Assembly (NCBI GenBank): GCA_965261735.1
Contig: OZ253470.1
Span: 2,400,001-2,464,000, forward strand
Direction: 5' to 3'
Source of the DNA: Alphaproteobacteria bacterium
GTDB taxonomy: Bacteria > Pseudomonadota > Alphaproteobacteria > SHVV01
DNA length: 64,000 nt
The notes beneath the pieces are model-generated. The model made no database searches and was not told the DNA's origin. It saw nothing but the letters and a program-made list of their open reading frames with translations. Position numbers and translations under genes: made by a program. Within the stretch, counting starts at the first letter, position 1, and each line of letters opens with the position of its first letter. Shown here piece after piece: positions 18,007-29,683 of this stretch.

Positions 18007-20346
18007 CTATTCGGCGGCGCGCCGGGGGGTGGCGGGCGCGCCCGAGTCGGCGGCGGCCCGCGAGGCGCTCTCGGCATCGGCCGAGCGCGCGGCGAGGCGC
18101 AGCGCCTGGTCGCGCGCAGGGATATAGGGGTTGGGCCAGACCTGGTCGGCATAGCCGTAGTGGGCGGCGGCGCGCAGCGTGAAATGGGGATCGGTGAGAT
18201 GGGGCCGGCCGAGCGCGCATAAGTCGGCGCGGCCCGCGGCGATGATGGTGTTGATTTGGTCGGGGCTCGTGATGTTACCGACCGCGATGGTCGGAATGCC
18301 GGCCTCGTTGCGAATCTGGTCGGCGAAGGGTGTCTGGAACATGCGCCCGTAGAGCGGCTGCGCCTCGATCGTGGTCTGGCCCGCGGAGACGTGCACGATG
18401 TCGCAGCCGTGGGCCGCGAGCGCAGTTGCGATGCGCACTGAATCGTCGCCCCCGAGCCCGCCTTCGGCCCAGTCGGTGGCTGAGATGCGCACCGAGATCG
18501 GCTTGTGCGCGGGCCACGCCTCGCGCACCGCCTCGAGCACCTCGAGCGGATAGCGCAGCCGGTTGGCGGGGGTGCCGCCATAGCGGTCGCCACGCCCGTT
18601 GGTCAGCGGCGAGAGAAAGCTCGACAGCAGATAACCGTGCGCGCAGTGCAGCTCGAGGGCGTCGAACCCCGCGGCCTCGGCCATCTCGGCCGCGGCGACG
18701 AAGGCCTCGCGCACCTCGCGCATCTTGGCCCGGTCCATCTCGATCGGCACTTGGTGGCGCGGCGTGTAGGGCACCGGCGAGGCCGAGTAGACGGGCCAGT
18801 TGCCGTGCGCCAGCGGCTCGTCAGCGCCCTCCCAGCCCAGGCCGGTCGAGCCCTTGCGCCCGCAGTGGCCGAGCTGCAGCGCGATTCGCGCCCGGCTGTG
18901 GGCGTGCACGAAGTCGACGATACGCTTCCACGCCGCGACGTGTTCAGGTGCGTAAATGCCGGTGCACCCGAGCGTGATACGCCCCTCGGCGGAGACGCAG
19001 GTCATCTCGGTGATGACCAGGCCGGCACCGCCCCGCGCCAGCGCGCCGAGATGCACCAGGTGCCATTCGCCGGGCACGCCGTCGACCGCGCAGTATTGGT
19101 CCATGGGCGAGACCACGACACGGTTGTCCACCACCATATCGCGCAGGCGGAAAGGGGTGAACATCGGCGGGCGCGCCGGCTCGAGCGGGACATCGAATCC
19201 CTGGCTCGCGCGCACGTGGCCGGCCCACCATCTGTCGACCCCGTCGATATAGGGAGCGTCGCGCAGTTTTAGGTTCTCGTAGGTTACCTGTTTGCTGCGT
19301 GAGAGCAGGCTGAACGCGAGCTGCATCGGCTCCATGCGCCAGTAGCGCTCGACATTCTCGAACCACACGAGGCTGAAATCGGCGGCGCGCTGGGTGATCT
19401 CGACCTCGAGGCGGCGCACCGCCTCGAAGCGGTCGAGGGCGCCGTCGACGTCGTCCGGGCAGGACTGGAACGCGTCGAATAGGGCGATCGCGTCCTCCAT
19501 GGCGAGCTTGGTGCCCGAGCCGATGGAGTAGTGCGCCGTATGCAGGGCGTCGCCGATCAGCGCGATATTACCGTGGTGCCAGCGCTCGTTGCGAATGGTC
19601 GGAAAAGTGCGCCACACGGAGCGGTTCGCGAGCAGCGGATGGCCGTCGAGCTCGTCGGCGAAGACATCCTGGCAGAAGGCGAGCGTATCGGCCTCGCTCG
19701 CCTTGTCGAGCTTCGCCCGGCGCCACGTCTCTTCCGTGGCCTCGACGACGATCGTAGCCAGCCCCCGGTCGTAGCTGTAGGCGGCGAGCTGGAAGATGCC
19801 GTGCGGGGTTTCGCGAAAGCTGAACAGGAAGGACGAGAAGTACTTGGTGGTGCCGAGCCACACGAACTTGTTCTTGCGCCAGTCGAAGGTGGGCCGGAAG
19901 TGTTCCTGGTAGCGTTCGCGGACGGCGCTATTGATGCCGTCGGCGGCGAGCACCAGATCAGCATCGCGAAATTGCTCGACGTCGCTGACCTCGCTCTCGA
20001 ATCGCATCGTCACACCGAGATCGGCGCAGCGCTCCTGCAAGATTTTCAACAGCTCGACCCGGTAGATCCCGGCAAAGCCGTGGCCGCCCGAGCGAACGAC
20101 GGCACCCTTGGCATGAACCTCGATGGCATCCCAGTAGGCGAAGCCGCTGGTGATCCGCTCGTAGGTCTCGGCGTCGTAGGCGCGGAAGCGGCCGAGGGTT
20201 TCGTCTGAGAACACCACGCCGAAGCCGAAGGTATCGTCGGCCCGGTTGCGCTCGTAGATCGTGATGTCGTGCTCCGGGTCGGCCTTCTTCATAAGGATGC
20301 TGAAATAGAGGCCGGCCGGGCCCGCACCGACGACGACGATTCTCAT
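18007..20346 (-). CDS. Bifunctional anthraniloyl/salicylyl-CoA monooxygenase-reductase (FAD hydroxylase + OYE-like domain)
   Basis: GAGPAG, DTFGFGVVFSD, TAHYSIGSGTKLAMED, SPMDQY, HCAHGYLLSSF, YGRMFQTPF. Confidence 0.9.
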   Translation of the reverse strand: MRIVVVGAGPAGLYFSILMKKADPEHDITIYERNRADDTFGFGVVFSDETLGRFRAYDAETYERITSGFAYWDAIEVHAKGAVVRSGGHGFAGIYRVELLKILQERCADLGVTMRFESEVSDVEQFRDADLVLAADGINSAVRERYQEHFRPTFDWRKNKFVWLGTTKYFSSFLFSFRETPHGIFQLAAYSYDRGLATIVVEATEETWRRAKLDKASEADTLAFCQDVFADELDGHPLLANRSVWRTFPTIRNERWHHGNIALIGDALHTAHYSIGSGTKLAMEDAIALFDAFQSCPDDVDGALDRFEAVRRLEVEITQRAADFSLVWFENVERYWRMEPMQLAFSLLSRSKQVTYENLKLRDAPYIDGVDRWWAGHVRASQGFDVPLEPARPPMFTPFRLRDMVVDNRVVVSPMDQYCAVDGVPGEWHLVHLGALARGGAGLVITEMTCVSAEGRITLGCTGIYAPEHVAAWKRIVDFVHAHSRARIALQLGHCGRKGSTGLGWEGADEPLAHGNWPVYSASPVPYTPRHQVPIEMDRAKMREVREAFVAAAEMAEAAGFDALELHCAHGYLLSSFLSPLTNGRGDRYGGTPANRLRYPLEVLEAVREAWPAHKPISVRISATDWAEGGLGGDDSVRIATALAAHGCDIVHVSAGQTTIEAQPLYGRMFQTPFADQIRNEAGIPTIAVGNITSPDQINTIIAAGRADLCALGRPHLTDPHFTLRAAAHYGYADQVWPNPYIPARDQALRLAARSADAESASRAAADSGAPATPRRAAE

Positions 20347-20395
20347 GGCCTTGCTCCCCGCGAGGCGACGATGGCCGGTCGCACGACGAGGCCGC

Positions 20396-20446
20396 GCACC
20401 GGCGGCGCACGCACCGGCGGCGCAGGCACCGGCGGTGCAAGCACCG
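20396..20446. repeat. 15-bp tandem repeat, about 3.4 copies (GCACCGGCGGYGCAN)
   Basis: Units start at 20396, 20411 and 20426, with a partial unit at 20441. Confidence 0.85.
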
Positions 20447-20455
20447 CCGACGATA

Positions 20456-20473
20456 TAGTTTAAGTATAAAGTA
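20456..20473. promoter_or_regulatory. AT-rich palindromic operator candidate (TAGTTTA-N4-TAAAGTA)
   Basis: Imperfect inverted repeat in an AT island upstream of the monooxygenase. Confidence 0.5.
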
Positions 20474-20555
20474 GTTCGAGGGAAAGCCGATTCGAGAAAC
20501 ATCGAGGGGCGGCGCCTCGCTTGCGTGGCGCGGCGCCCCTTGTAGAGTGCGGGCG

Positions 20556-21749
20556 ATGTCGCGCCCCCACTACCCCCCTATCCACCTGCTGCCGCGCCAA
20601 GGCGGGCGCGTACGCCGCGGCCACCCATGGGTCTACGCCAACGAGCTCAACCTCGACGCGGAAGCCAAGGCGGTCGCGCCCGGCTCGCTCGTTACGTTGT
20701 GTGCCGAAGACGGCAGCCCCGTGGGCATCGCCAGCTTCAACTGGAAGTCGTTGATCGCGGCGCGCCTCTTCACGCCGGATGCGCGCGCGGTGATCGACGC
20801 CGCGTTCTTGGCCGAGCGCCTCGAAGCGGCGCTCCGCCGGCGCGAACGGTGGTTCGATACGCCTTTCTACCGCCTCGTCCACTCCGAGGGCGACGGCCTG
20901 CCGGGGCTGATCATCGACAGGTTGGGGGATATCCTCGTCGGCCAGATCAACACGGCTGCCATGGCGGGTCTCGAAGCACCACTGCTCGCGGCCCTGGACC
21001 AGGTGCTCGATCCGCACGCCGTGGTGTGGCGCAACGATCGTGCCGTCCGCGCCCTCGAGGGGCTGGACGCGCATGTGCGCATAGCCAAGGGCGCGGTCAG
21101 CGAGGCCCCGGAGCTCGACGAAGATGGCGTGGTCTTCCCGGTCGATGTGCTCGAGGGCCAGAAGACGGGCTGGTTCTTCGACCAGCGCCCGGCGCGCGCC
21201 ATGGTGGCCCGGCTTGCGCGCGGCCGCCGCGTGCTCGACCTCTACGCCTATAGCGGTGGATTCGCGGTTCGTGCCGCGGCCGCAGGCGCCGCCGAAGTGG
21301 TCGCGATCGAGCGTTCGCAAGCGGCGCTCGCCCTGGCACAGCGGGCCCTGTCGCGCAACGCCCTCGACGGCCGCTGCGATCTGCGGCGCGGCGAGGCCTT
21401 CGCGGAAATGGGTCGTCTTGGTGCCGCCGGCGAAGGCTTCGATATCGTGATCGCCGACCCGCCCGCCTTCGTGCGCTCGCGCAAGGAATTGGGGGCCGGC
21501 CTCAAGGGCTACCGCAAGCTCGCGCGGTTGGCCGGCGCTCTGGTCGCGCCGGGCGGGCTCCTCTTTCTGGCTTCCTGCTCGCACCTCGTCGATGGCGTGG
21601 CGCTGGCCGCCGAAATCCGCCGCGGCTTGACCGCGGCGCGGCGCTCAGGCCGCATCCTGGCCAGCGGCGGCGCCGGCCCCGATCACCCTGTCCACGCGTT
21701 CCTACCCGAGACCGCCTACCTCAAGTGGCAGCTGATCGAGCTCGATTGA
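20556..21749 (+). CDS. RlmI-family SAM-dependent rRNA methyltransferase
   Basis: GHPWVYANE, SEGDGLPGL, GQKTGWFFDQR, DPPAF. Confidence 0.88.
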   Translation: MSRPHYPPIHLLPRQGGRVRRGHPWVYANELNLDAEAKAVAPGSLVTLCAEDGSPVGIASFNWKSLIAARLFTPDARAVIDAAFLAERLEAALRRRERWFDTPFYRLVHSEGDGLPGLIIDRLGDILVGQINTAAMAGLEAPLLAALDQVLDPHAVVWRNDRAVRALEGLDAHVRIAKGAVSEAPELDEDGVVFPVDVLEGQKTGWFFDQRPARAMVARLARGRRVLDLYAYSGGFAVRAAAAGAAEVVAIERSQAALALAQRALSRNALDGRCDLRRGEAFAEMGRLGAAGEGFDIVIADPPAFVRSRKELGAGLKGYRKLARLAGALVAPGGLLFLASCSHLVDGVALAAEIRRGLTAARRSGRILASGGAGPDHPVHAFLPETAYLKWQLIELD

Positions 21750-22676
21750 TCGAGCCCATCGGCCGACGGGGGCGACGACGCATCCGGCGGGTAGCATCCC
21801 GCCGCTCACGAAGCCTTAACGACACTGTGCCACATTGCCCGGGCCGCACCCCAAGGAGGCGTGGATTCCGGTTCCTCGGGATCCGGGGAGCTCCACCACA
21901 AGGTCGCCAGGAGGCCAGCACGATGGCGATGGAGAAGAACGCCACTAGCGCCCGCCGCGCGCCGCGAGAGGTTGCGGAGGAAGGCGCGGTTTTGGCACAG
22001 GCCGTTGTCGACAACCTCGTCGATGGCGTGATCGTCATCGACTCGCGCGGCACCGTCGAGACCTTCAATCCCGCGGCCACTCGGATGTTCGGCTACGCCG
22101 CCGCCGAGGTCGTCGGTCACAACGTCAAAAAGTTGATGCCCGAGCCCACCCGCGAGGAGCACGACGGCAACATCGGCAATTACCTGAAGACCGGCAAGGC
22201 GAAGATCATCGGCATCGGGCGCGAAGTAACGGCGCTGCACAAGGACGGCATCCATTTCCCGATCGACCTGACGATCACCGAGATGACCATCGCCGACCAG
22301 CCGAAGTTCGTCGGCATCACGCGCGACCTCACGGAACACAAGCAGGCGGCCGCGTTGATCGCGGAACAAAGCCGCGCTCTCCTCGAATTGTCGACCCCGG
22401 TCATCAGCGTATGGGATGAGATCGTGCTGCTGCCGATCATCGGCGTCATCGACAGCGGGCGTGCCCAGCAGATCATCGAGAATCTCCTCGGCAGCATCGT
22501 CCGCACCGAATCCCGCGTCGCCATCATCGACGTCACCGGCGTGCCCGTTATCGATACCATGGTGGCACACCACCTGTTGAAGACGGTCGCCGCGGCAAAG
22601 ATGCTCGGAACTCAAGTTGTTCTCGCCGGAATCAGCCCGGAGATCGCACAAACTCTCGTTAAGCTAAGGATCGACC

Positions 22677-23781
22677 CTTGCATATCCGGTTAACACCCAT
22701 GACCGCTACATGTAGGGTGCCGCCACTCTCCCGAGTAAAGCTCGGCATAGGTTGGAGCAGAGGTGTCGCCCGCGATGCCGAGCAATGAGCGGAAGGCGTT
22801 GAACGGGTAGAACCGCCTGTTGAAGCGGAAGGTGAACTCGTTGAGGTAGGCTTGTAGGTGCTGGTGGCTAACGCCGTGGTGGATACCGATCAGCCACGTC
22901 TTCAGGTTGGCGAAAACCAGATGGATGATCGGCAGGTATTGCTCGGCAACCTCTGGATCACCACACTCGGCAACAGCGAAGTGCTCATAGCCGCGCTTAC
23001 CGAGGCCAGCATAGCCGCTCCAATCGTCAGTAACGATCAGCGATCGCGGTGCGACGGTGCTCTCGACGAACCCACAGAGCGACTCGGCGCTACGGTCGAG
23101 CACGACGGCGAGCCGAACGCGTCCGGCATAGCGTCCGTCTTTCCGGTTGTCGAGCTTGGTGCCCGGCTTTCGATGACGCACCTCGATGGCACAGGAGACG
23201 GGAACCTTGTGGTGAACACCACGGCCTTCCCCACGCGTTCGCCCGCCAACCCAGGTTTCGTCCACCTCAACATGGTTCTTGGGCTGTCCACCGATCCTGT
23301 CTTGGTTGGGCCGCACCATGCCCGAGCGGAGCTTGTGGAGAATTTGAAAGGCCGTCTCGTAGCGCGAAAGACCAAGTTGCCGCTGAAACTGCACGGCGGA
23401 CATGCCGGGCGTCTGACTGGCGACCAGATAAGCGGCCCAGAACCAGACGTTCAGCGGAGTGTGGCTACGCTCCATCACTGTTCCCACCGTCAGCCCGGTG
23501 TTCTGGCGGCACTTGCGGCAGCGCAGGACGCCAGGGCGGTTTTCAAAGTGGAACGGCTCTCCCGCCGTGCCGCAGTGCGGGCAGGCAAAGCCGTCTCCCC
23601 AGCGGGCTTTCTCCAGGTAGGCGGCGCAGGCCGCATCATCGGGGAAAAGTCGCTGGAACTCGGGTAGCGAATGCGGGAATGGGAGATCGGCGCGGTCGAG
23701 AACATCCATGGCGCGCTCCCCTATATCCGGGTTGCGCCCATTCTAGCCCTAGTGGGTGTGGGTGTAAACCGGATAGGCAAG
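22677..23781 (-). mobile_element. IS1595-family insertion sequence, copy 1 (1105 bp)
   Basis: About 22-bp TIRs CTTGCMTATCCGGTTWACACCC; 8-bp TSD GATCGACC at 22669-22676 and 23782-23789. Confidence 0.95.
22690..23709 (-). CDS. IS1595-family transposase
   Basis: Zn ribbon CPHC/CRKC, VEVDETWVGG, VTDDW.GY, YLNEFTFRFNRR. Confidence 0.95.
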   Translation of the reverse strand: MDVLDRADLPFPHSLPEFQRLFPDDAACAAYLEKARWGDGFACPHCGTAGEPFHFENRPGVLRCRKCRQNTGLTVGTVMERSHTPLNVWFWAAYLVASQTPGMSAVQFQRQLGLSRYETAFQILHKLRSGMVRPNQDRIGGQPKNHVEVDETWVGGRTRGEGRGVHHKVPVSCAIEVRHRKPGTKLDNRKDGRYAGRVRLAVVLDRSAESLCGFVESTVAPRSLIVTDDWSGYAGLGKRGYEHFAVAECGDPEVAEQYLPIIHLVFANLKTWLIGIHHGVSHQHLQAYLNEFTFRFNRRFYPFNAFRSLLGIAGDTSAPTYAELYSGEWRHPTCSGHGC

Positions 23782-23880
23782 GATCGACCTATCAGCCGTG
23801 CACTGTGCGGGATCGCTCCGCGCCGCCATGGCCGAGGCTTTGCGTGCCGTGGGTCACAAACTCAGCACCGAGGCCGCGCC

Positions 23881-24234
23881 GTGAAGGTTCCGATACTGAA
23901 GCTCGGTGACATCCTGCTGACCTCGATTCAGGTCGAACTTACCGACCAGGAGGCGCTCGAGTTTCAGGCCTACGTCACGCAAACCATCAGCAGGACCGGC
24001 GCCCGCGGCTTGGTGATCGATATCACGGCCCTCGACGTGGTCGACTCCTACCTCGCGCGCGTCCTCAACGATACCGCCAACATGGCCCAGCTTCTCGGGG
24101 CCAAGGCCGTACTCTGCGGCATGCAGCCGCTCGTTGCGCTGGCCCTCGTCGAAATGGGACGTGAGCTGATCGGCGTCGATACCGCGCTTCACCTCGACCA
24201 GGCCATGACCACGCTGCGGCAACAGCTCGGTTGA
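23881..24234 (+). CDS. rsbS: RsbS-like STAS antagonist
   Basis: VPILKL, IDITALDVVDS (phosphorylatable Ser), GMQP.VA; GTGA overlap with rsbR. Confidence 0.88.
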   Translation: MKVPILKLGDILLTSIQVELTDQEALEFQAYVTQTISRTGARGLVIDITALDVVDSYLARVLNDTANMAQLLGAKAVLCGMQPLVALALVEMGRELIGVDTALHLDQAMTTLRQQLG

Positions 24235-24257
24235 GCGCGCCCGTGCAGACACTCGCC

Positions 24258-24693
24258 ATGGGCAAGACGACGACTCTCCCCATAATCAAGGACGCGGACG
24301 TGATCCTCGCGCGCGCCGCCGGACGCGAGATCGCCCGCGATCTCGGCTTTAGCGCCGCAGATCAGACGCGGCTCGCGACAGCCATCTCCGAGCTCACGCG
24401 CAACGTTCTGTGCCACGCCGGCACGGGCGAGTGCAGCATCACCGATGACTCCGATTTCCACCTCGCCGTGGTCGGTGTGGTGGTCGACGATACCGGGCCA
24501 GGCATCCCCGACGTCGACCTTGCGATGCAGGACGGCTTCTCCACCGGCGGCAGCCTCGGGTGGCGGGCTACCCGGAACAAGGAGGCTCGTGCACGACTTC
24601 TCGATCGAGAGCAGTCCTGACGGTACGAGGGTCGCGATCGCCATGGTCCGGCGCAAGACCGAAGCACCACCGCCGGCAGTTGCGTACGCTTAG
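24258..24693 (+). pseudogene. rsbT: RsbT-like Ser/Thr kinase, +1 frameshift
   Basis: DQTRLATAISELTRN, DTGPGI, DGFSTGGSLG; an extra G at 24558-24560 precedes GLPGTRRLVHDFSIES. Could be a sequencing error. Confidence 0.8.
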
Positions 24694-24722
24694 CGCAGGC
24701 GGCCCACCCATGCGAGCTAGCC

Positions 24723-25343
24723 ATGTCTGACCGAGCGAGGCGGGCAGAGTACGGTGCCCTCGACGGCCAGATCGGGCGTGCCATGCGCAGTCGGCGCGGC
24801 GACCCCCATTGCGGCGACGCCTGCACCGGATGGCGGGGGCATGGCCGGGTGACGTTGTGTATGGTCGACGGCCTTGGGCACGGGCAGGAAGCGGAGGCCG
24901 CCGCGCTCGCCGCCCTTGCGTACGTCGGCGATCGCCAGGCGCACGCACTGGCCGAGGTTTTTTCGGGATGCGACGAGGCGCTGCGCGAGACCCGCGGCGC
25001 TGCCATGGGCATCGCCATCATCGAGGAGGCGACCGGCCGACTCTCCTACGCCGGCGTTGGCAACACGCGCGCCCTAGTCGCCGGGGCCCGAACGATCAGA
25101 CTCCCGGAAAGCCGCGGCATCGTTGGCGGCGGCTTCGGCGCGCTCTGTACCGAGAGCACAATGCTCCGCCCCGGCGCATTGGTCGTGATGGCGACCGATG
25201 GCATTGCCGCCAACCTCGACATCGTCGACTACGACCCCACCCTGTGGGCCCGCCCGCAGGGTCTAGCCGATCTGATCCTGCGCGATTGGCGTCACAACGA
25301 CGACGACGCCGCCGTCTTCGTGTTCCGCTTCGCGGGGATGTGA
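24723..25343 (+). CDS. RsbX-like PP2C/SpoIIE phosphatase
   Basis: CGD, VDGLGHG, TRGAA, AGVGN, TDG, DDA motifs. Confidence 0.82.
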   Translation: MSDRARRAEYGALDGQIGRAMRSRRGDPHCGDACTGWRGHGRVTLCMVDGLGHGQEAEAAALAALAYVGDRQAHALAEVFSGCDEALRETRGAAMGIAIIEEATGRLSYAGVGNTRALVAGARTIRLPESRGIVGGGFGALCTESTMLRPGALVVMATDGIAANLDIVDYDPTLWARPQGLADLILRDWRHNDDDAAVFVFRFAGM

Positions 25344-26587
25344 TGGCCGCGCTGTTCCCTGGAAGCCGCTATTATGTCGCGCTCAGCAATTATCTTACCG
25401 AGCCGCACGAGAAGCATTTGCTCAGTGCGCAGGAATTGGGTCGTGAGCTCGTCGCCAGGGACGTACCGCCGGAGGAAATCGGCGCCCTGCATGACGACGC
25501 GATGGCCCGCCTTACTTTCGAGCTCGTTCGTCATGAGCCGAGTGTTATCCTGCGCCGCACCACCGCCGTGCTGCTCGAAGTGCTCATGGCGTATGGACTT
25601 GCGTTCCGCCAACAGGTGGCCGAGCTGAAGCGCCGGGAGTTGGCGCTACAGGAGAGCGAAGCTCGTTTCCGCAGCATGACCGCCAACGTCCCGGGAGCCA
25701 TCTTCCGGCGTGAGCTAGCCTCCGATGGCGTTCCGCATATGCCCTTCGTCAGCCCCCGCTTTGCCCGATTATTCGGTCATAGTCCCGAGGCCGTCATGGG
25801 CGACCCTGGCTTCTTCAAGCACCACCTATCCGGAGAGGACCACAGGCGGCTCGAAAAGGCGATGCGGCAGTCGTGCAAGGGACTCGAAGCGCTCGACATC
25901 GAGGTCCTGCTCGCCGCACCCGATGGGCCGGCGAAATGGATGCGCACGATCGCCCAGCCGAGGCGGCTCGCGAGCGGCGACACGGCCTGGGACGGCATTT
26001 TCCTCGATGTAACCGAACACAAGCACGCGCGCGAACGAATCGAGCACCTCGCCCACCACGATCCCCTTACCGACCTTCCCAACCGTCACGTGCTCAACGA
26101 TCTGCTCGAGCGCACTTTGGCTCGCCACCAGCGCTATCGCCGCCAGTTCGCCGTGCTGTGGATAGACCTCGACGGCTTCAAGGCAATCAACGACGGCTTC
26201 GGACACGCCGCCGGCGATGCCGTCCTGTGCGAGGTGGCGGCGCGTCTTACTGCGAGCCTGCGTGGGATCGACACCGTCGCCCGGATCGGCGGCGACGAGT
26301 TCATTATCGTGGTCGAGGACATCAACCGGCGCGCCGACGTGGACGTCGTGGCGCGCAAGGTGCAAAAGGCCTTGGCCCGCCCCATGCTGGTGCACGATCA
26401 TCGCCATCACACGGGCGCGAGCATCGGTATCGCGCTATTCCCCGGCGACGGCCAAGACGCCGAGTCGCTGCTGCGGAACGCGGATCGCGCCATGTATCGG
26501 ATCAAGGAATCCAGGCACGGTGCAGGCCGCCGGTACGGCGACGCCGACTCGAGCGCCCCATCACCAGGGTTGGCTCCCGCTCGCTGA
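25343..26587 (+). CDS. Diguanylate cyclase with RsbU N-terminal-like domain and PAS
   Basis: Y..AL..YL....E..L....ELGRE.....VPPEEI..LH (RsbU_N-like); PAS; HDPLT.LPNR, DLDGFK.IND.FGH..GD, GGDEF. Confidence 0.88.
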   Translation: MAALFPGSRYYVALSNYLTEPHEKHLLSAQELGRELVARDVPPEEIGALHDDAMARLTFELVRHEPSVILRRTTAVLLEVLMAYGLAFRQQVAELKRRELALQESEARFRSMTANVPGAIFRRELASDGVPHMPFVSPRFARLFGHSPEAVMGDPGFFKHHLSGEDHRRLEKAMRQSCKGLEALDIEVLLAAPDGPAKWMRTIAQPRRLASGDTAWDGIFLDVTEHKHARERIEHLAHHDPLTDLPNRHVLNDLLERTLARHQRYRRQFAVLWIDLDGFKAINDGFGHAAGDAVLCEVAARLTASLRGIDTVARIGGDEFIIVVEDINRRADVDVVARKVQKALARPMLVHDHRHHTGASIGIALFPGDGQDAESLLRNADRAMYRIKESRHGAGRRYGDADSSAPSPGLAPAR

Positions 26588-26723
26588 TCTGAGATTGAGC
26601 GGCCGGCGGCGCTGCGCCTTGCGCCGGCGACCTGGAAACGCTGGTCTTAAACCCGTGCCGCGACGATAATCCGCCCCCGCGCCGCCGACGGCTGCGCGAT
26701 CGCAACGGCGTGGTGGTTTGGAC

Positions 26724-29042
<2,319 letters not shown>

Positions 29043-29134
29043 GGCTGGCAGGGGCGCCGCCGGCCTCCCCCCTCCCGCTCGGCGGGAATGTGGGGAGGGG
29101 GGCGGGGCACAGGCGTACGCTAGATACCCAGCCC

Positions 29135-29164
29135 CGTCATGGCCGGGCTTGACCCCGCCATCCA
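29135..29164 (+). repeat. CGTC-type REP-like palindrome (left)
   Basis: CGTCATGGCCGGGCTTGACCCCGCCATCCA. Confidence 0.85.
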
Positions 29165-29169
29165 CGTCC

Positions 29170-29458
29170 TTACGCGAGTCGGTCGTAAAGGTCTTCCCGA
29201 CCGGGGTTCGCATCGAGGATCAGCCGCACTTTCCAGGAGCGGGGCCAGTGCTTCAGGTTCTTCTCGTGCTGTATGGCGGAGCGGATGTCCTCGTGTCCGC
29301 TCGATGTAGACGAGCCGCTTGAGGCCGTAGCGCTTCGTGAACCCCTCGGCCACGCCCGCACGGTGCTCCCGGATGCGGCGGGCAGGATCGCTCGTCACGC
29401 CGACATAGAGCGTGCCGTTGGGCCTGTTCGTCATGATATAGACCCAGCCGTCCGGCAT
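29170..29458 (-). pseudogene. Small GIY-YIG nuclease (YhbQ-like), +1 frameshift near 29296
   Basis: GWVYIMTNRPNGTLYVGVTSD..RRI.EH...FTKRY..KRLVY; continues in another frame as HEDIRSAIQHEKNLKHWPRSWK..LI...NP. Confidence 0.85.
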
Positions 29459-29503
29459 CCTATGACCCTAGAGGTGCCTCGATGGTTTCGCCACCACCCC
29501 TCC

Positions 29504-29533
29504 TGGATGGCCGGGTCGAGCCCGGCCATGACG
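29504..29533 (-). repeat. CGTC-type REP-like palindrome (right, inverted)
   Basis: Reverse complement reads CGTCATGGCCGGGCTCGACCCGGCCATCCA. Confidence 0.85.
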
Positions 29534-29683
29534 GGCGGACGGAGACGTGAATCTTGGGACATCGTCGGCCTCCTCAGGACCCCATGACGGAATATCCCGG
29601 GAGCGCCGTCACCTGATGATGGAGCCGTCCGGTGCGCGTCTTGCCTTCGCTTCACCGCCTGTTCCCCGCTGGAGCCCGCCAAA

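Larger units (their letters stand above)
21923..23884 (+). pseudogene. rsbR: RsbR-like stressosome sensor (FixL-type PAS + STAS), interrupted by IS near the C-terminus
   Basis: PAS MPEP...EHD...IIGIGR; ELSTPVI, LPIIG.IDS.RA, IDVTGVPVIDT. Removing the IS and one TSD restores ...KLRIDLSAVHCAGSLRAA...* ending at 23884. Confidence 0.88.
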
